Assembly: GCA_050230475.1 (NCBI GenBank)
Contig: JBFLGF010000029.1
Location: 1 to 64,000, forward strand
Direction: 5' to 3'
Source: Ancylonema sp.
Taxonomy: Eukaryota
Length of the DNA: 64,000 nucleotides
The position numbers were made by a program, and so were the translations under genes. Shown here piece by piece: positions 39,694-53,548 of the stretch (position 1 is its first letter; each line of letters opens with the position of its first letter). The notes under the pieces are model-generated. The model did no database searches and was not told where the DNA came from. It worked only from the letters and a program-made list of their open reading frames with translations.

Positions 39694-42600
39694 ACGGAAA
39701 CAACCCGGCGGACGCTGCTGACGACGTGACAACGTGGTGGAAAACATATAACGACTCTCTTTATAAAGACTGCCTCGATGTGGGCCTTTGATTAAATTAT
39801 TATGTAATCGCCATCGATATAAGCATAACGACACTAAATGAAGACAAACTCAACAAACTTATCATTGAATGTCGTTCATGTGTCGCTCATGTGTATAACT
39901 CTATTTCTCGAAGATAAAGTTGTATGGAAAAAACGAGAAAAATATAGACCCTCATGGACGATCGTAAACAAACTCGGTTGTTTGACATCGTAACGAACTT
40001 GTGTAGCTTGTGTCAAAACACACCAGCTAAATTGGATGTTGATCCCAAGGCAACTTATGAAAGGCAACATGTAAGCATCACATTTGGTTATTCACTTTGT
40101 TCATTCAAAAAATCCGTAGATACAAACACACATTCCAATGTCTAGTAGTAAATGACTTTAAATAGTGTATAGGACACCTCGGCATAATGACAATCTTCCA
40201 AATTGTTTTTTTTCGTTTTAACGAGGGAGCATTGTACAGTGGAGAAAACATGTCTTGATTAACATTGTGCTAATTAATAACATGTCTGATTTGATATTAA
40301 AAATCATAGATGCACGAAAACGAAAAAAATGCCTGCAAACGCCGTATTTCAAACGCGTACGTATGGAAAACGTGCGAACGGCGAAATATGCAAACGGTGT
40401 TTGCAAAACGTTTGCATTTGCAAACGATTTGCTAAGGTTTGAATTTGCAAACGTTATGCAAACTTCAGCGGCGTACTTCTTCATTTTATATGTAGTACAC
40501 TTTCGATAACCGAAGAACGAAAGTTTGTAAACCTTGTCATCATTGGTTCATGACATTTACCATTGAAACGTAACCATTATTTTGTGAAACTTCCAAAATG
40601 CCAAATAAAAAACTGCACGCAAACGTTAGCATCCGTACACGTTTTCCGCATTTCACACACGTATTTCGGACGTTTGCCATCGAAAACGTTTGCATCCATA
40701 TAGTCCGTACACGTGTGCCGCATTTCACGGACGTATTATGAACATTTGCGTGCAATTCCGTACGACGTTTGCATTTGCCAGGGACGGCAGTTGCTCTCGG
40801 CCCCGTGTGGAAAACGTGGCGTGCGGGAAATGGCCCCCGTCCCGGTGCAACTATGTGAAAATTTGAGTAGTTAGGTCTCGAACGTGTTTTTCGAGGACGT
40901 GTCCTGTACATGTACGGGACACGTCCGGGCCAATTTTGGTGAAAAGGCTCGCGGAGAGATCATAGCCCAAAGAGCTCGGAGCCTCAAGGACATAGTTGGC
41001 TCCGCCCCACAAAAAAAATGTTCCGCTTTCCACCCCGGCCGGCATCCCGGGCGGATTTTTCCCCGCCCGGGATGGAGCCATAGAGGTTTTTGAAGGGTTC
41101 GTAAAAGGATCTCAAGACCACGTTGTTCATGTAAGTCTCTTTAAAAATAAAAATCCGACGAGTATTTAAGGCTTTATGACACTTATGATAGTACTCTTGC
41201 CGTCTTCATCTGTGCGATATTCTTTTCCATATATTTCACTTTTCATTTTTTATTTTTTTTCATAATTCTCGCAAGATACGACGCCACGCCATGAAGTCGG
41301 ACTCATCGTTGACAAGAGATGGTGTGTAACGTGTGGCGTACGGTGTCACATCTGGAGTGTGCACAAAGTTAGATTTGAACCAAATCGACCATATCTCCGC
41401 ATTGCGGCGGATTTTTTTGAAGGATAATAAGACCTTTGGCTCGAGGAGAAATTGTGGGCACCCCCTACAGCGAATGAGGGCACCCCTCTCCGAGTGCTCC
41501 GCAACCTCTCCCTTAAAAGTAGCCAAATTCAAAACATCATAGCTTCTAAACGGTTTTGCGATATTCGAAATGTTAGTGCTTTCTTCTGCCATCGATGCAA
41601 GAACAAAGCACAACTCTTAATAAAGTCTTGAATAAAATGATGACGTCATTACAAGCATCAACACAATAAAAGTGCGAGCTTGAGGTAGAAAGTTTGATTA
41701 CAGAATCTAGTGTGCAAGTCCACACCTAGTACAATTGAGTGTGATCGATCGAACGTCTTAGTCAAACTATCGAAACTACTTCAGTCAACACCAATCACAA
41801 TTGAGCATTATGCCACATCAACTAATCTTATTGACACTTGTGCTGAATGTCCAGAATCTGTCGGCACAATCATTACTTGCAAGTTCGGCCGGAATTTGCT
41901 GAATTACGACAAAACTTAAAGCTTAAACGAAGAGATCTCATTACTCAATCTAACAACAAAAGTTCAGAGCCCCTAAAACCAAGCACCCACTCCCTGGGTA
42001 CTTATGCTTCCCCCTCCAAAAACGTTGTTACTGATATCATTTTTCAACAAAACACCACACCAAAGACAAATCAACTCTCGTCAATGAAACCCACCAAAGC
42101 ACAATTTTTGTTTAACACTTTGACAGACATAGGCTTGGTCAATTTGTCAGCAATCTAGTCTTCACTCCTCGCAAATTAAAGCTTTATCTTTTTCTTTATC
42201 ACTCGTTCGCGAAATGAAACTTGATATGTTTGGAACGCTTGTGGAAGACAGAATTCTCAAGTTCCATGGAGCTCTCGGTATCCCCGAGTAGGAGAACTCC
42301 ATCCACCCCTCCAACACCCAACTCCCTTTGCATCTGGCTGAGATAGAGCACCTCGTTGCTTGGAGCACTTAGTGCCAAATACCCACTCTCACAGCTTGAA
42401 TAAGTCACTATCTCAATATAACTGCTTTCCCAGCTGATAGCGGCACCAGCACTCAAAAATACATAACCAGCTCTTCCCTTTGTGCTGTCCACATTATTAC
42501 CGTGGCTTGCATCAGAATACCCCCCACCTGGTAGATCTCCACCTGTTGGTACATGAGCCCCAAACTCACAGACCCCTTAAGATACCTCAACACCCTCTCA

Positions 42601-44418
42601 ATCCCCTCCTGAAGTTGCTCCCCTCTACTCTCACTGTATCGACACAAAGAATTGACAACGGCTGCTAGATCTGGGCGAGTGCCTGAAGTCAAGTAAAGGA
42701 AACTGCCCATAGCACACTTATAACCAACACCCTCTAGCCCCCCGGCCTCATTTGTATCCCCAGAATTGACAGAAAACTTGACTCCCATTTCAAGAGGAGT
42801 AGGAGAAGAGTTGCACTCTTTTATCCCAAACTTCGTAAGGAGTTCCTTGGCATACTTTTCTTGGCACACGAAAATGTTCCCATCTGTCCCGTGTTATTTC
42901 AAGGCCTAGCAAAAAACTTTGCCTCTCCCATATCTTTCATTGGCCGTTTCACGAGTCGATAGATTTGGTTTTCTTGCAAGCTGCCCATTTTTGCAGCCAT
43001 TGCTGCATGCCATTGAGACTTTTATGGGCTTTGAAGAGCTTGTTGCAGTATCTCAAGAGTTTGAGCTTCAACGTCCCCGTTGGTAACAAAAGCAGTAACA
43101 AATGTGTTGGAGAAGACTTAATTATGATGTCTTGCATATCGACGAAGAGGAGTAGTGGCAGCAGCAACATCATCGATAGAAGTTTTTGCATCATCATCGA
43201 CTGGTCCAAGAGGGTTGTAAGGGGTTGCATCATCTAGGTACCATTCTAGGCCATCTTCCAAGCTGTTTTGATCTTCTTCATCGCCACTTGAGTTGCTCAC
43301 AAGGTCACAAGCTCTTCATTATGAAGAGAAAGAGGTCCCTCACACCGTGGTAAGGGATTTCCCACAGCATCGGGGACATCGTCATCGACAGAATTCAGCT
43401 TTCCTCACTTGCCAGATTGCCCCCTACTATTCCTTGGTCACCAGCCTTCAGATCACGCCATGCCATTCTTATTGTTTCTTGCGACTCACCTAGTCTTGCT
43501 TTCTTCCCGACAATTTGTCCTCGCCACCATCCAACTTTCACAGAGTCATCGAAATCAAAATGTGCCACACCGACATTGTAGAATTTGTTTGTCGCAGGAT
43601 CCCACACTCGATGACACGGGATTTTTCTCAATTCCACCCGACCACCACCTTGGTGCTCTTGCTTCTCGAGACGTACATACACCTTGCAACCAAATGATCA
43701 AAGATGATCTACTTCCGGGACAGCACCTGACCACAATTTTTCAATACGTCTTTGGAAGTCCACTAACATGGCACCGATTTGGAAGGTAAGAAGCTAGAGA
43801 GATTGCTTCTACCCATAGACCAAGAGGGAGTTGCATGTGCTCTAGCATCGAGCAAGCTCTCTCTTGCAGCGTCCGATTCATTCGCTCACCAAGTGCATTG
43901 CATTGAGGTGTATTCGGTGGCGTCGTCACATGTCTGATCCCTCCGTTTTTAGGCCACTTCTCGAGATCTCCATCGATGAATTTGCCACCTCGATCTGATC
44001 GCAAAATTTTGACCGGCCTGCCACCTTGTCTCTTTTGAATGACAATCCACTTCTTCAAGCGGGGGGCTGCATCATCTTTGCTACGAAGAATCTCAGAAAA
44101 GATTTTATGCTGAATTCATCGACAATCATCATGTTCAGGTTTCCGCCCTTGATTCATGCTGGTTTGAACGGCCCCGCCAAGTCCACTAACACTCTTCCCA
44201 GACACAATTATTCGCTTGCACTTTCTTCTCGACGTGGATGAGGTTTGTCGTGAGCCTTGCCCAGCTTGCAGCCCTCACAATTTTTAATAACCCCACAGAT
44301 TCCTCCCTCAAGCCCTCGCACAAAATTTCCCCGTACCATATTTTTGCGCACCCTCTCATTCGCATGCCGAAGTCTGGTATGCAGCCGACAAAATCACTTT
44401 TCCTCCCTATGTGCACCC

Positions 44419-44861
44419 TGTGAGACCCGGGAGGGGAAAGAATTTATTTTGATAAAACACTCACAAAGGGAATGGACACGATGGGAAAAAGTGTATAAAG
44501 TATGTGAGTACATGAGATGTTAGGAGTGCTTGAAGAGCACTCCTTCATTGACTATATACTAGTCTAGGTTATGGTCGAGAATCAAGTCTAGTGGGACAAT
44601 GCTAGAACTCGTTATAAGAGAAACTCAAGTCTAGATTCGATAAAAAGAACAATCTAGAGTAATGGACGGGAATCTCGATATAAGCACTAACTGAAATGCT
44701 AAGGGCAAAGAGACTCGATGTAAAAACAAACTCTCTATAGTGACACTAGTTAGTGACAAACTCCATAGAGACACACACTCGCTACTAGCACACTAGGCTA
44801 GGAGCGCCAAGGGTAGGGCACTCGCTAAGGAACTCTAGTGAGAATAGCGAAGGTCCTAACA
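44419..44861. mobile_element. Solo LTR of a second family nested in the copia element
   Basis: TGTGAGACC...GGTCCTAACA termini flanked by the 5-bp direct repeat CACCC (44414-44418, 44862-44866). Confidence 0.75.
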
Positions 44862-45398
44862 CACCCCCTATCTCTGCATGCGTGGTGCGTCATTCTTCTT
44901 GTCGAAGCAGATATTAGCAACATCAGTGCCTTCTTTGTCCTTTTGCGAAAACTCTTGACATCGACAGAGTACTCGTCCATTTCAACTTCGTTCGTCATCC
45001 AGTTATAATCATCAAAACTTGCTACCACCTGATCTGGTCATGCCTTTGTTCCCTTGCGAATCTCAAGGCAGTCAGCAACATCAAGGATCGCTAAGGCCTT
45101 AGATCTCCATGCTTAGAAGGGAACTTTGTCTCCATCTAGGATCTAGCTCTGATACCACTGTTACTGCTTTCTTCTGCCATCGATGCAAGAATAAAGCACA
45201 ACTCTCAAGAAACACTTCAAATGATCACGTCATTACAAGCATCAACACAACAAAAGTGCGAGCTTGAGGTAGAAAGTCTGATTATAGAATCTTGTGTGCA
45301 AGTCCACGCCTAGTACAGTTGAGTGTGATCGATCGAACATCTTAGTCAAACTATCGAAACTACTTTAGTCAACACCTATCAGAACTGAGCATTATGCC

Positions 45399-45686
45399 CA
45401 AAGTTGCGTCCCGGACACGAGGATCCCGGACGCGTCCGGAACGCATCCGGCCCCGGACGCGTCCCGGACGCGTCCGGAGATCCCCGGACGGTCCGGGACG
45501 CAACTGAGATGCAAAAAAAAAAAAAAAGGTTTTGATTCTGAAGTGACACAAATATGGGGGTTCCAAAAATATGGATATCAGATTTTGGCTGAGGCGTCCG
45601 GGTCCGGAACGCGTCCGGGACGCGTCCGGGCCCGGACGCGTCCCGGACGCGTCTTGAGATCCCGGACGATCCGGGACGCAACTATG
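45399..45686. mobile_element. hAT-type MITE (GGACGCGTCC-motif family) inserted in the copia 5' LTR
   Basis: TIR CA(A/T)AGTTGCGTCCCGGA and perfect 8-bp TSD ATTATGCC. It is absent from the other LTR. Confidence 0.88.
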
Positions 45687-47038
45687 ATTATGCCACATCA
45701 GCTAATCCTATCGACACTTGTGGTGACTGCCCAGAACTTGTCGACACAATCATTACTTGCAAGTTCGGCCGGCATTTTCTGAATGACGACAAAACTCAAA
45801 GCTTAAACGAAGAGATCTCATAAATCAATATAACAACAAAAGTTCACATCTCCTAAAAACTAACACGAAATATTATAGAGGGAATCATTATATAAGTGTA
45901 ATGCGTATTGTAGAGGGAATCATGTAGTTGATATTAGCATATTTAATATATTTTTTCCCGACCAATGTGGAGTTCAAAAAAGGGAGAGACCTCGGGCTGT
46001 CGGAGGGGGGTGCGAGCATTAGGCTGCATTCGCTGTGGGGGGTGCCCGCAGTCCCAAAAATGGCGACTGGTAATGTGTCTAAGATTGTTTTTACCCTGTT
46101 TTGTTGTTGTTTTTTTCTCCCCTAGTTAGACCCGGCGCGTCCATGGATCTCCCGAGCGGGTCCGAGACCCAATCATGCACAAAACGAATCACCTAAAAGG
46201 TGAAGGAAATATACTATTTTATTTCAGAAGTGGCACTAATCTGATTCACGGGTACACAAATGATTGATGGACGAGAGGGCAAGTGCATGCTGTGTCACAT
46301 ATTTAAGGCGTTTGCCACCTCGTGAACGCACAAGAGAAAATTCGCGGATTAATATTGGTTTGTGTCACACACACTTTCTCATAACGCACAATAGTGTGTT
46401 TCCGCATGTTCATGAGTAGCTCGAATGTCTTGGTACATCGAGGTGATTTTTTCCAAATACTTAACATAGCTGTAAAATATTGAGTATGATAATGGGGGGG
46501 AGATGAAGTGGGCAGGTGGGGAATGGGAAGTGATCGGTTTTTTAAAGGTCATATTATGTTCAACGAGAAGGCGACCCTTTTTGTTCTTGCTTTAAGATAA
46601 TTGTCTTGTATACTTTGTTGAATGTCGGGTGTCGACAGAGAATCAGTGCAAGGGCTCTGATTCTGGGTTCACGTTATTTTTGTGTAATTTCAAGTTACTG
46701 CAACATCAATCACTATTATTTTACTCTTACCACTTCACCTTTTTCTATGTCTGCCACGATTCAGATCGGACCCCGACCCCGATGCGGTGAATAGCATGAT
46801 AAGCAAAAAAAGGTGGACATGTACGTGAGCCTCATAATCTCACTTTTGTTTTTAATTAGGGATGGGGGAGGAATGCCTTTCACAGTTTAAATTTGAACTC
46901 CACCCCCCATAGTATGCACCCCTGTGTTCAAATACTTCGAATGATAAGTCAATCGATTAACTAGCACTAAATCAGCTGTAGGATCAGCCGTATTGTTATT
47001 AAGAGATATTATTATCAGCCGTAGGATGGCAGAATCAA

Positions 47039-48980
47039 CTATTTACGGTACAAAAAAATGGGGCGATCAAACCCCTTGACACTGGTCAGTACTGCGGGAC
47101 TGACTTCCTCCACACCACGGACTCCAACCTGGCACCAGAACAAAGAGGCACGCGTCACAGACGCACGTCTAACCCTCCCCTGCCCGCATCCCCTGGTCGA
47201 GAAACGACGTACCTCATTCAAGAGAAGATCAGGAAAGTTCTCTGGACGTAATTGAATCGTCTCAAAGTGCTTCTTGGCGACCTGCCAACAGGACAGCGTA
47301 CTGTCAGCATACCAACTGCTTCATGCCCCCAAAAACGATTACGGGTATGCAGCACTTACCGGGGACACGTTGCGGTTGTTCTTATAGGACTTCCACGGCT
47401 GGGGCTCCAGTATCAAGATCCCCCCCTACAGGCCCACATACATAGAACCACTGAATACTTCCCCTCCCCTCTTCCCCCCACCCACCTCCCTCCCCTTTTT
47501 ACCGGTCGCAGTGCACGGAACATGCCTCCCAGCGCCCTCTTCAGACCCGCATCCCCCCAGTTGAGGTGGATCCATTTTGAGACACTCAAACTGCACCCCC
47601 ATCCCACACACATATATACTTCTTTCCCCATGAGCGACCCCTAAATCCCCTTCCTCCCTTCCCTACCACATCACCACGTCGCACGAGTGCTCTCCTACGC
47701 GGTACTCCACCCAGTTCGCGGATCGGAAGGTGGTTCGCGCCACCAGGCTCTCGGGATCCAGCAAACTGAAGGAGGGAGGGAGAGATGCTTCTTCACTGGG
47801 CACCAGGAGCACGAAGTGAAGTAAGATAGGAGACGGGGGACAAAGCTGAGGCTTACATGCACCTTCTTTTGTGCTCACCTCTGAGGGACAGCGGGCTCAG
47901 ACCTCATTTCGGCGGCCCTGCGAGCGAGATGCTTCCGAGCACGGAAGATGAGGCCTGGGGAAGAGGAGGAAAACAACTCCGGCCTTCTTGACACACGACT
48001 TTGGGGAACACAAAAGACGATTCCATAGGTATATGCCATCGGTAAGGATCATAGGCTTTTTTTATGTTTGTCACAAAAGAGTAAATGGTGTATAAAGTGC
48101 CTTAGAATACATTCTCTCACCTGTGTCTATGTCAAGGCCGAGCATCGACTTCACCCCAAAACGCTCAGCTGCAGAGAGGCATGAGAAGGTACGACCTCTT
48201 TGACATGGTAGTACGCTCGCCTCAAAGGCAACAAGGTAAATTCAAGCGGACTTTTTACGTGACAACCGACATCCATGCAAATGCATACTCAAAAAGAGTT
48301 CCACAGTCTCGAAAATTTCCTGTACGACAACACTATCACTCCTCAGGGCCTTCTTGGTTCAGAATGAGACATTCTCTGATTTCAGAAGGTCTAGCCATTT
48401 GGAAGTGGAGCTAAAAAAATGTATTTATGGCATTTACGAAACAAGACCCAAAAGCGAAGACGGCTATTCCGACAGACCACGGTATCCTACCTATGGAAAT
48501 CGTAATCATTCCCTCGTTACAGCCAATGTCTAGACAGTCTTTTCCTGTGAACCAAGATGGCTGGAAGTACTGCCACCGCGGGTCCTCAAGTGCGGCGACG
48601 TGAAACTAGCCCCAATGCCAGCGACAGCCACCAATATCCACGAGCCCACCTGTCAGAAGTAGATCACCGCACAACCAGAAGCAACAGTGTGTATGCAACA
48701 CCAGCGTAAGAAAAGAGCATGTGCAACCACTAATGCCCCCACTACTGCGTGCCCCAACAATTTACCGCAAAATGCATCTGCAACCACCCATGCATCTCCT
48801 TACTCTATATCCGTAGTAGCGGTCGTAGTTGCCGTATATAAACTTGGATTTTTTGGAATCCCTATGCTCATGACTGTCCACCGTGGGCCCAGTATCAACC
48901 GCCCGCGACCTTTTCATCCCCTGACCTCCTCCTGCCTCGCATACTTCGGCTCCATCTGGGCTTTCGGTGAAGTTATCCAT
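47039..48980 (-). CDS. Bin3/MEPCE-family SAM-dependent RNA methyltransferase; exons 48980-48804, 48605-48491, 48168-48121, 47954-47879, 47795-47667, 47590-47503, 47425-47360, 47281-47213, 47128-47039
   Basis: Family motifs [63 protein letters not shown] and GFDRPIFLY. All eight introns are GT-AG and in phase. Confidence 0.92.
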
Positions 48981-49215
48981 GAACTTAGCAAGACCTATCT
49001 CGTCTGATATGTCGAGCGCGTAGACTCGATCATCACGCAGGCTGGTAACGCTAGTATTCGAAGCATGCGCGTCAGAAGTATACCCGTTCGCGCGCAAATA
49101 CTATCGGAAATAAAACAAACGACAACTGCATGGTAGTCGTCTTGCTTCCCTGTCATGCGCGGCAATGTTCCGTAACTTTTGCTTGTGGCTTGTCAGACTG
49201 CAAGTGTGACTGCAG

Positions 49216-49658
49216 TAGTGTGCGGGGAGCCCAACGAATTCCGTTGAGCTCCGGGCTCTGCCGTATCCGAGCCCAAGATCGTGGATCCGAGCTCATTTCG
49301 GAGCCCAAGGGCTCATTTTGGAGCCAGAGCCAAGCTCCGAGTCCGGAGCCCAAGATCCGGGCTCGGAGCTTACCCGAGCCCGGCTCGGAGCCCAAAATTC
49401 ACCAAAAAAAAAAAAAAAAAAAAAAAAACCATTTATCTCCTGACGATCCGTTTGCTTTCCCGTTTTTTACATGAATTTATGAATCATGGGCTCCGAGCCC
49501 GGATCTAAGCCCAGATCCGAGCCCGGATCTTACGCTCCGACATGGGCTCCGACGTTTAGCTCGGAGCCGGAGGAAAAGCACCCCTTTGGGGTCCGGGCTC
49601 AATGAGTCCGGATCTTGGGCTCATTAAGCTCATTGGGCTCCGGGCTCCCCGCACACTA
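49216..49658. mobile_element. hAT-type MITE (GAGCCC motif) upstream of the Bin3 gene
   Basis: Perfect TIR TAGTGTGCGGGGAGCCC and 8-bp TSD GACTGCAG (49208-49215 and 50282-50289; the right copy is displaced by a nested element). Confidence 0.88.
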
Positions 49659-50279
49659 CAGTGCTCCCTCGATATAACGACAAAAAAAATATCTATAAAA
49701 GTGTCGTTATATCGAGGTGTCGTTATACACTGTATAACGACATTTACTACTAGAATCTGAAATCTATGTTGTTGTATCGAGGAGCTTTACGAATGAAGCA
49801 AAGTGAATAAACAAATGTGTTTATTATGTGTTTCCTAGAGTAAGTTGCCTTGGCATGATTATTAAAGTCAGCGTGTGTATTGATATACGAGCTATACAAG
49901 TGCGTCATGATACTAATACATGCGGATGGACAAAATATACCACAAAATTTTACGAGGAGAGTTGGGGAGGTATTAAGGTCGTTACAAAGCAACACCGGAC
50001 ACGCACATTCTCTACATAGAGTTCTGAATTCTATATAGAATTCGAGGTGCCGTTCTATATTTTTCTCGATTTCCATACATCGTTATCTGCGAGCTATAGC
50101 GTTATATACACAGTATAACGACATTCGGTAACAAATTTCTGAAATAATTTGTCATTATATAGAGTGTCGCTATGCTTATATCGAGGGCGATTTCATATTG
50201 ATTTTAAAAAAGTTCCAAAAAACTATCGTTATATCGAGGTTATCGTTATATCGAGGGTCGTTATATCGAGGGAGCACTG
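49659..50279. mobile_element. Tc1/mariner(pogo)-type MITE
   Basis: Perfect TIR CAGTGCTCCCTCGATATAACGAC, TA on both sides, and repeated CGTTATATCGAG subterminal motifs. Confidence 0.88.
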
Positions 50280-53200
50280 TAGACTGCAGCACCGGGGATG
50301 CCCTCAAACTCAGAGCCTTGTCCGGAGATCACGAGCTCATGGGCTGGGAGCCCCCTTTCAGGCTCCCGTCAAAATCGCCCGTCAAAATTTCCGCCTGGAG
50401 GTGTCCGCTGGCAAACCCGCCCGCGGACGGGAATGCCAACATGGCGGGCGGGTATATAGAGCTTTTTTAGATCGATCTATCACATCAAATAAACAGATGT
50501 TTATATTTTTAAGCTCGTAATGAATATGTGAACCAAAATATAGTAACTAGTGGAAGAATTGGTCATATTGTACCTGGTTACTAGTACATATATAGTATCT
50601 CGTTCATACAAACCGGAGAATAACCGTAAAATATTCGTTTCCCTACCGATCCCTACCGATCCCTACCGATTTTCTCCGACCGCCCTACTCCATACCGAGC
50701 CACTCGCGGTTGGGATAATTTTCCTACCCCCTACCGCATATATGGGCATTGGTAGCTACCGCGGTAGCAACAACGGTAGGACGGTAGGGAGTAAACGCAG
50801 AACGATGTCTCCAACCCTAGTTCTACTGTTTCCAGTTTGTAGATTGGTATGGGCACTACCATCGTAGATAACCAAACAACTATCATTTTTTAAGGCGGCC
50901 CGTATTGGTGCCCGGTCGCCCTTTCCATTTTAGTTATGAGAACTCCACATTAATGAAAATTAAAAAAACAGAAATTGCTGATATCAACAACTACATGTTC
51001 ACATCTACGATACCCCTTTTGGAATGTCATGAAACGTCTTGAATCTATGATTTTTCAAACTCCCGAAATTAAGCCCGCCCGTTGAAAGGCGGCCAGGCGG
51101 CGCAGATTTGCGGCCTGCCCGCGTGCTGAGGCGGGCAGGAATTTCCCCGTCCGCGGGTGGGTACATTTATGGATCTACCTCCCAAAACGTGCCCTATTTT
51201 CTCATATTGTTCTTATGACATGCAGTTTCGGATTCTCCCGAATGCAAGAGCGCGATTTTTTACTGAAAAGGGACGTTGAATAAATCAACATTATAGTCGA
51301 AGTCATATGAGAGGCCAACGGAAGCACTCAAGTATCCTAAAACCGACGTCCCTACGCAAGCCAGCGATCATAGTACTTTTACGACAACGTGTGATAATAA
51401 CGCAAGGAAGTTGCGAAAACGGCCCAAAGAGTTGTGAAAACTATATCACTCGCGATATAAAATCACGACGAAAATAGGTGGCGCGATAAGAAATAATCGG
51501 CGGAGTATGAAATAGTCGGCGGAGTTGACGACTGTAAGTTAAAGCCGTTACAACTCACGTTATAGCGTGTAACATGGGAAATGGCGGCATTACAAGAGGT
51601 GATGGTCAGAGGGGTTAAGGATTTGGTAGGTCTTTGGTACTTGATTGTCTCTCTACTCCATCGGCTAAGGCAACCTCATGGCCAATGGTGTAACATCACT
51701 TACTAGAAACACGAAGTGTCCATTGAAATGTTTAAGTATAATTGATTACAATTTTCGAAGATTGAGCATGCTATGTAAATCTCCTAAATACTTTCCACAC
51801 CGTTTTTAGACGAAAGTTGCGACTCGCAACACAAAGTGCGTGAATTTCCGAACTTTAATCTGCCTCTACGGTATGTTCGCGATCCTCGACCTCCGGTCCC
51901 AAACGGAACTGGATTGGGCCCGATTCGCTTCGGAACCGAATTGGAAATTTACCGGTCGGAATGGGGCTAACATGGGTTAAAAAAACATCATTATTTATTT
52001 CGTTTCATACTTTCATCTCGACAACCTTGCACCAGTTTTGAAATGGTTCCAATTCGAAACCACCTGAAAAATCAAACCGGATTAAAAGCTTACAAAGCAT
52101 CATTTTTAATGTTTTGGAGGGTATTATATTTCAGAAATGAACTTTTGTGATAATCCAATATATGTGTCTTCAAAAAAGTTGTATGTCTCGTGTTGTGACG
52201 ACTGTGAAATATCAACAATCTATTCATGACATATCCGCTTAAAAAAAAAAAACTAGTCCCACCATGTTTTTTGTAACATATAAAAAACTTTTCAATTTGC
52301 ATAATTCTTATGATAGCATGTTATGGGATCCTTCAACCTTTTGTGTCTTAGGATAATAGATCATACAAGTGACAATATTCTTTCTATACTTCTTTGTTTG
52401 TTTTTTTTGGTTTGGTTTGCTCCCCTCTCCCACCCTCCCTTTTCTTAGCTGGCCACATACCATCCAAGGATCATCTCAATGCGTCCGGGATGACTAGAGT
52501 CTAGAACAAATGCGGGACTTCACCTAGACAAGGTCGTCCAAGATCGTCGCACTGAACGATCAATTCGGCCGTATCCGGACCACGATTGACGGAGGTTCAA
52601 CCACACAAGTTCTAGATGAGTATATGGCCTTTTCCTCTTTCATGGTAACCACCTGGAATTTAGCAATCATTTCGAACGCGGAGGTCTTTTTTGTCGGCAC
52701 GTCGCGACAAATATGTTCCCAGTTTACTAGATTTTATGTCTCATATCTTGTTTTTTTTAATGTAGAGAGGATTTCTCTAGTTATTGATGTTCACGAACGC
52801 TGCTAATTTGTCGTTGTCCTCACCTGCACGAGTGGATCTGCACTTATAAATCTATTCTTGGACCTGGGATACGCCGTACCGTTTTTATTGCCACCGCATT
52901 AAGTTCAAGCTCGCTTACCGAAGATAATTTGGCCGCATCTGGACCGGACCATCTCCATAAGTCTTTCATGGCACTTAAATTTTCGACGTCGTCGAGCTAT
53001 CGGCATTATGCCTCGCGCCTCTTGCTGATTGGCCGTTAGGAGGTGCAACGCCTCTCAACGCCCAATTAGCGCCGGGAACCCCTGGGAATGCCATGGGTTG
53101 GACGACCAGGGAATCCCGAAATCCGTTCACGGGGTTTCCCCTCGGAACTTGGAATATTGTGTTGGTGTGATTAATTTTTGTCATAAAGGTAGGAAAACGA

Positions 53201-53548
53201 CCAAACGTTTACGAGTAATGCGATGTCCGATCAAGTTTCTAGGGGACGTCCGTGCAAGACCTTGAGACCCGCCCCAGATCGTTCGCGCAATGATTAATTT
53301 TCTTGGAAAATTCTCGTAATTTAGTTTACACGCGTGAATTCGGCCAGAAAAAAGTTTTTGTGAGCCTAAAAATGTCCCCGCTAAAAATGGCGACCGAAAG
53401 GCGGCTAGAATTCCCAAGTAAATGTCGGGTAACCAACTTGCCAGAAAAGTAACCACCTGGGAACTAATTGCCAGCGTGAGTTGCGGATAATTTGTGTTGC
53501 AATTCGCACAAAAGAGAAAAAGGCCAATAATACACATGAGTACGGGCG

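Larger units (their letters stand above)
41571..45865 (-). mobile_element. Decayed Ty1/copia LTR retrotransposon with both LTRs (3' LTR 41571-41985, 5' LTR 45159-45865)
   Basis: Similar TG..CA LTRs, 5-bp TSD CGAAA (41566-41570 and 45866-45870), tRNA-iMet PBS TGGTATCAGAGC (45146-45157, minus strand) and PPT (41986-41995). Frameshifted remnants of integrase (LRSDRGGKF, TPQCNALGERMNRTL) and RT/RNase H (TRPDLAAVV, AISW, HKRSKHI) lie in copia order. Confidence 0.92.

Noticed and set aside
44518..44875. TGTTAGGA..TCCTAACA as a 3' LTR with adjacent PPT
   Set aside because: Extending the left end to 44419 gives a perfect CACCC TSD, so the apparent PPT is the TSD plus host sequence.
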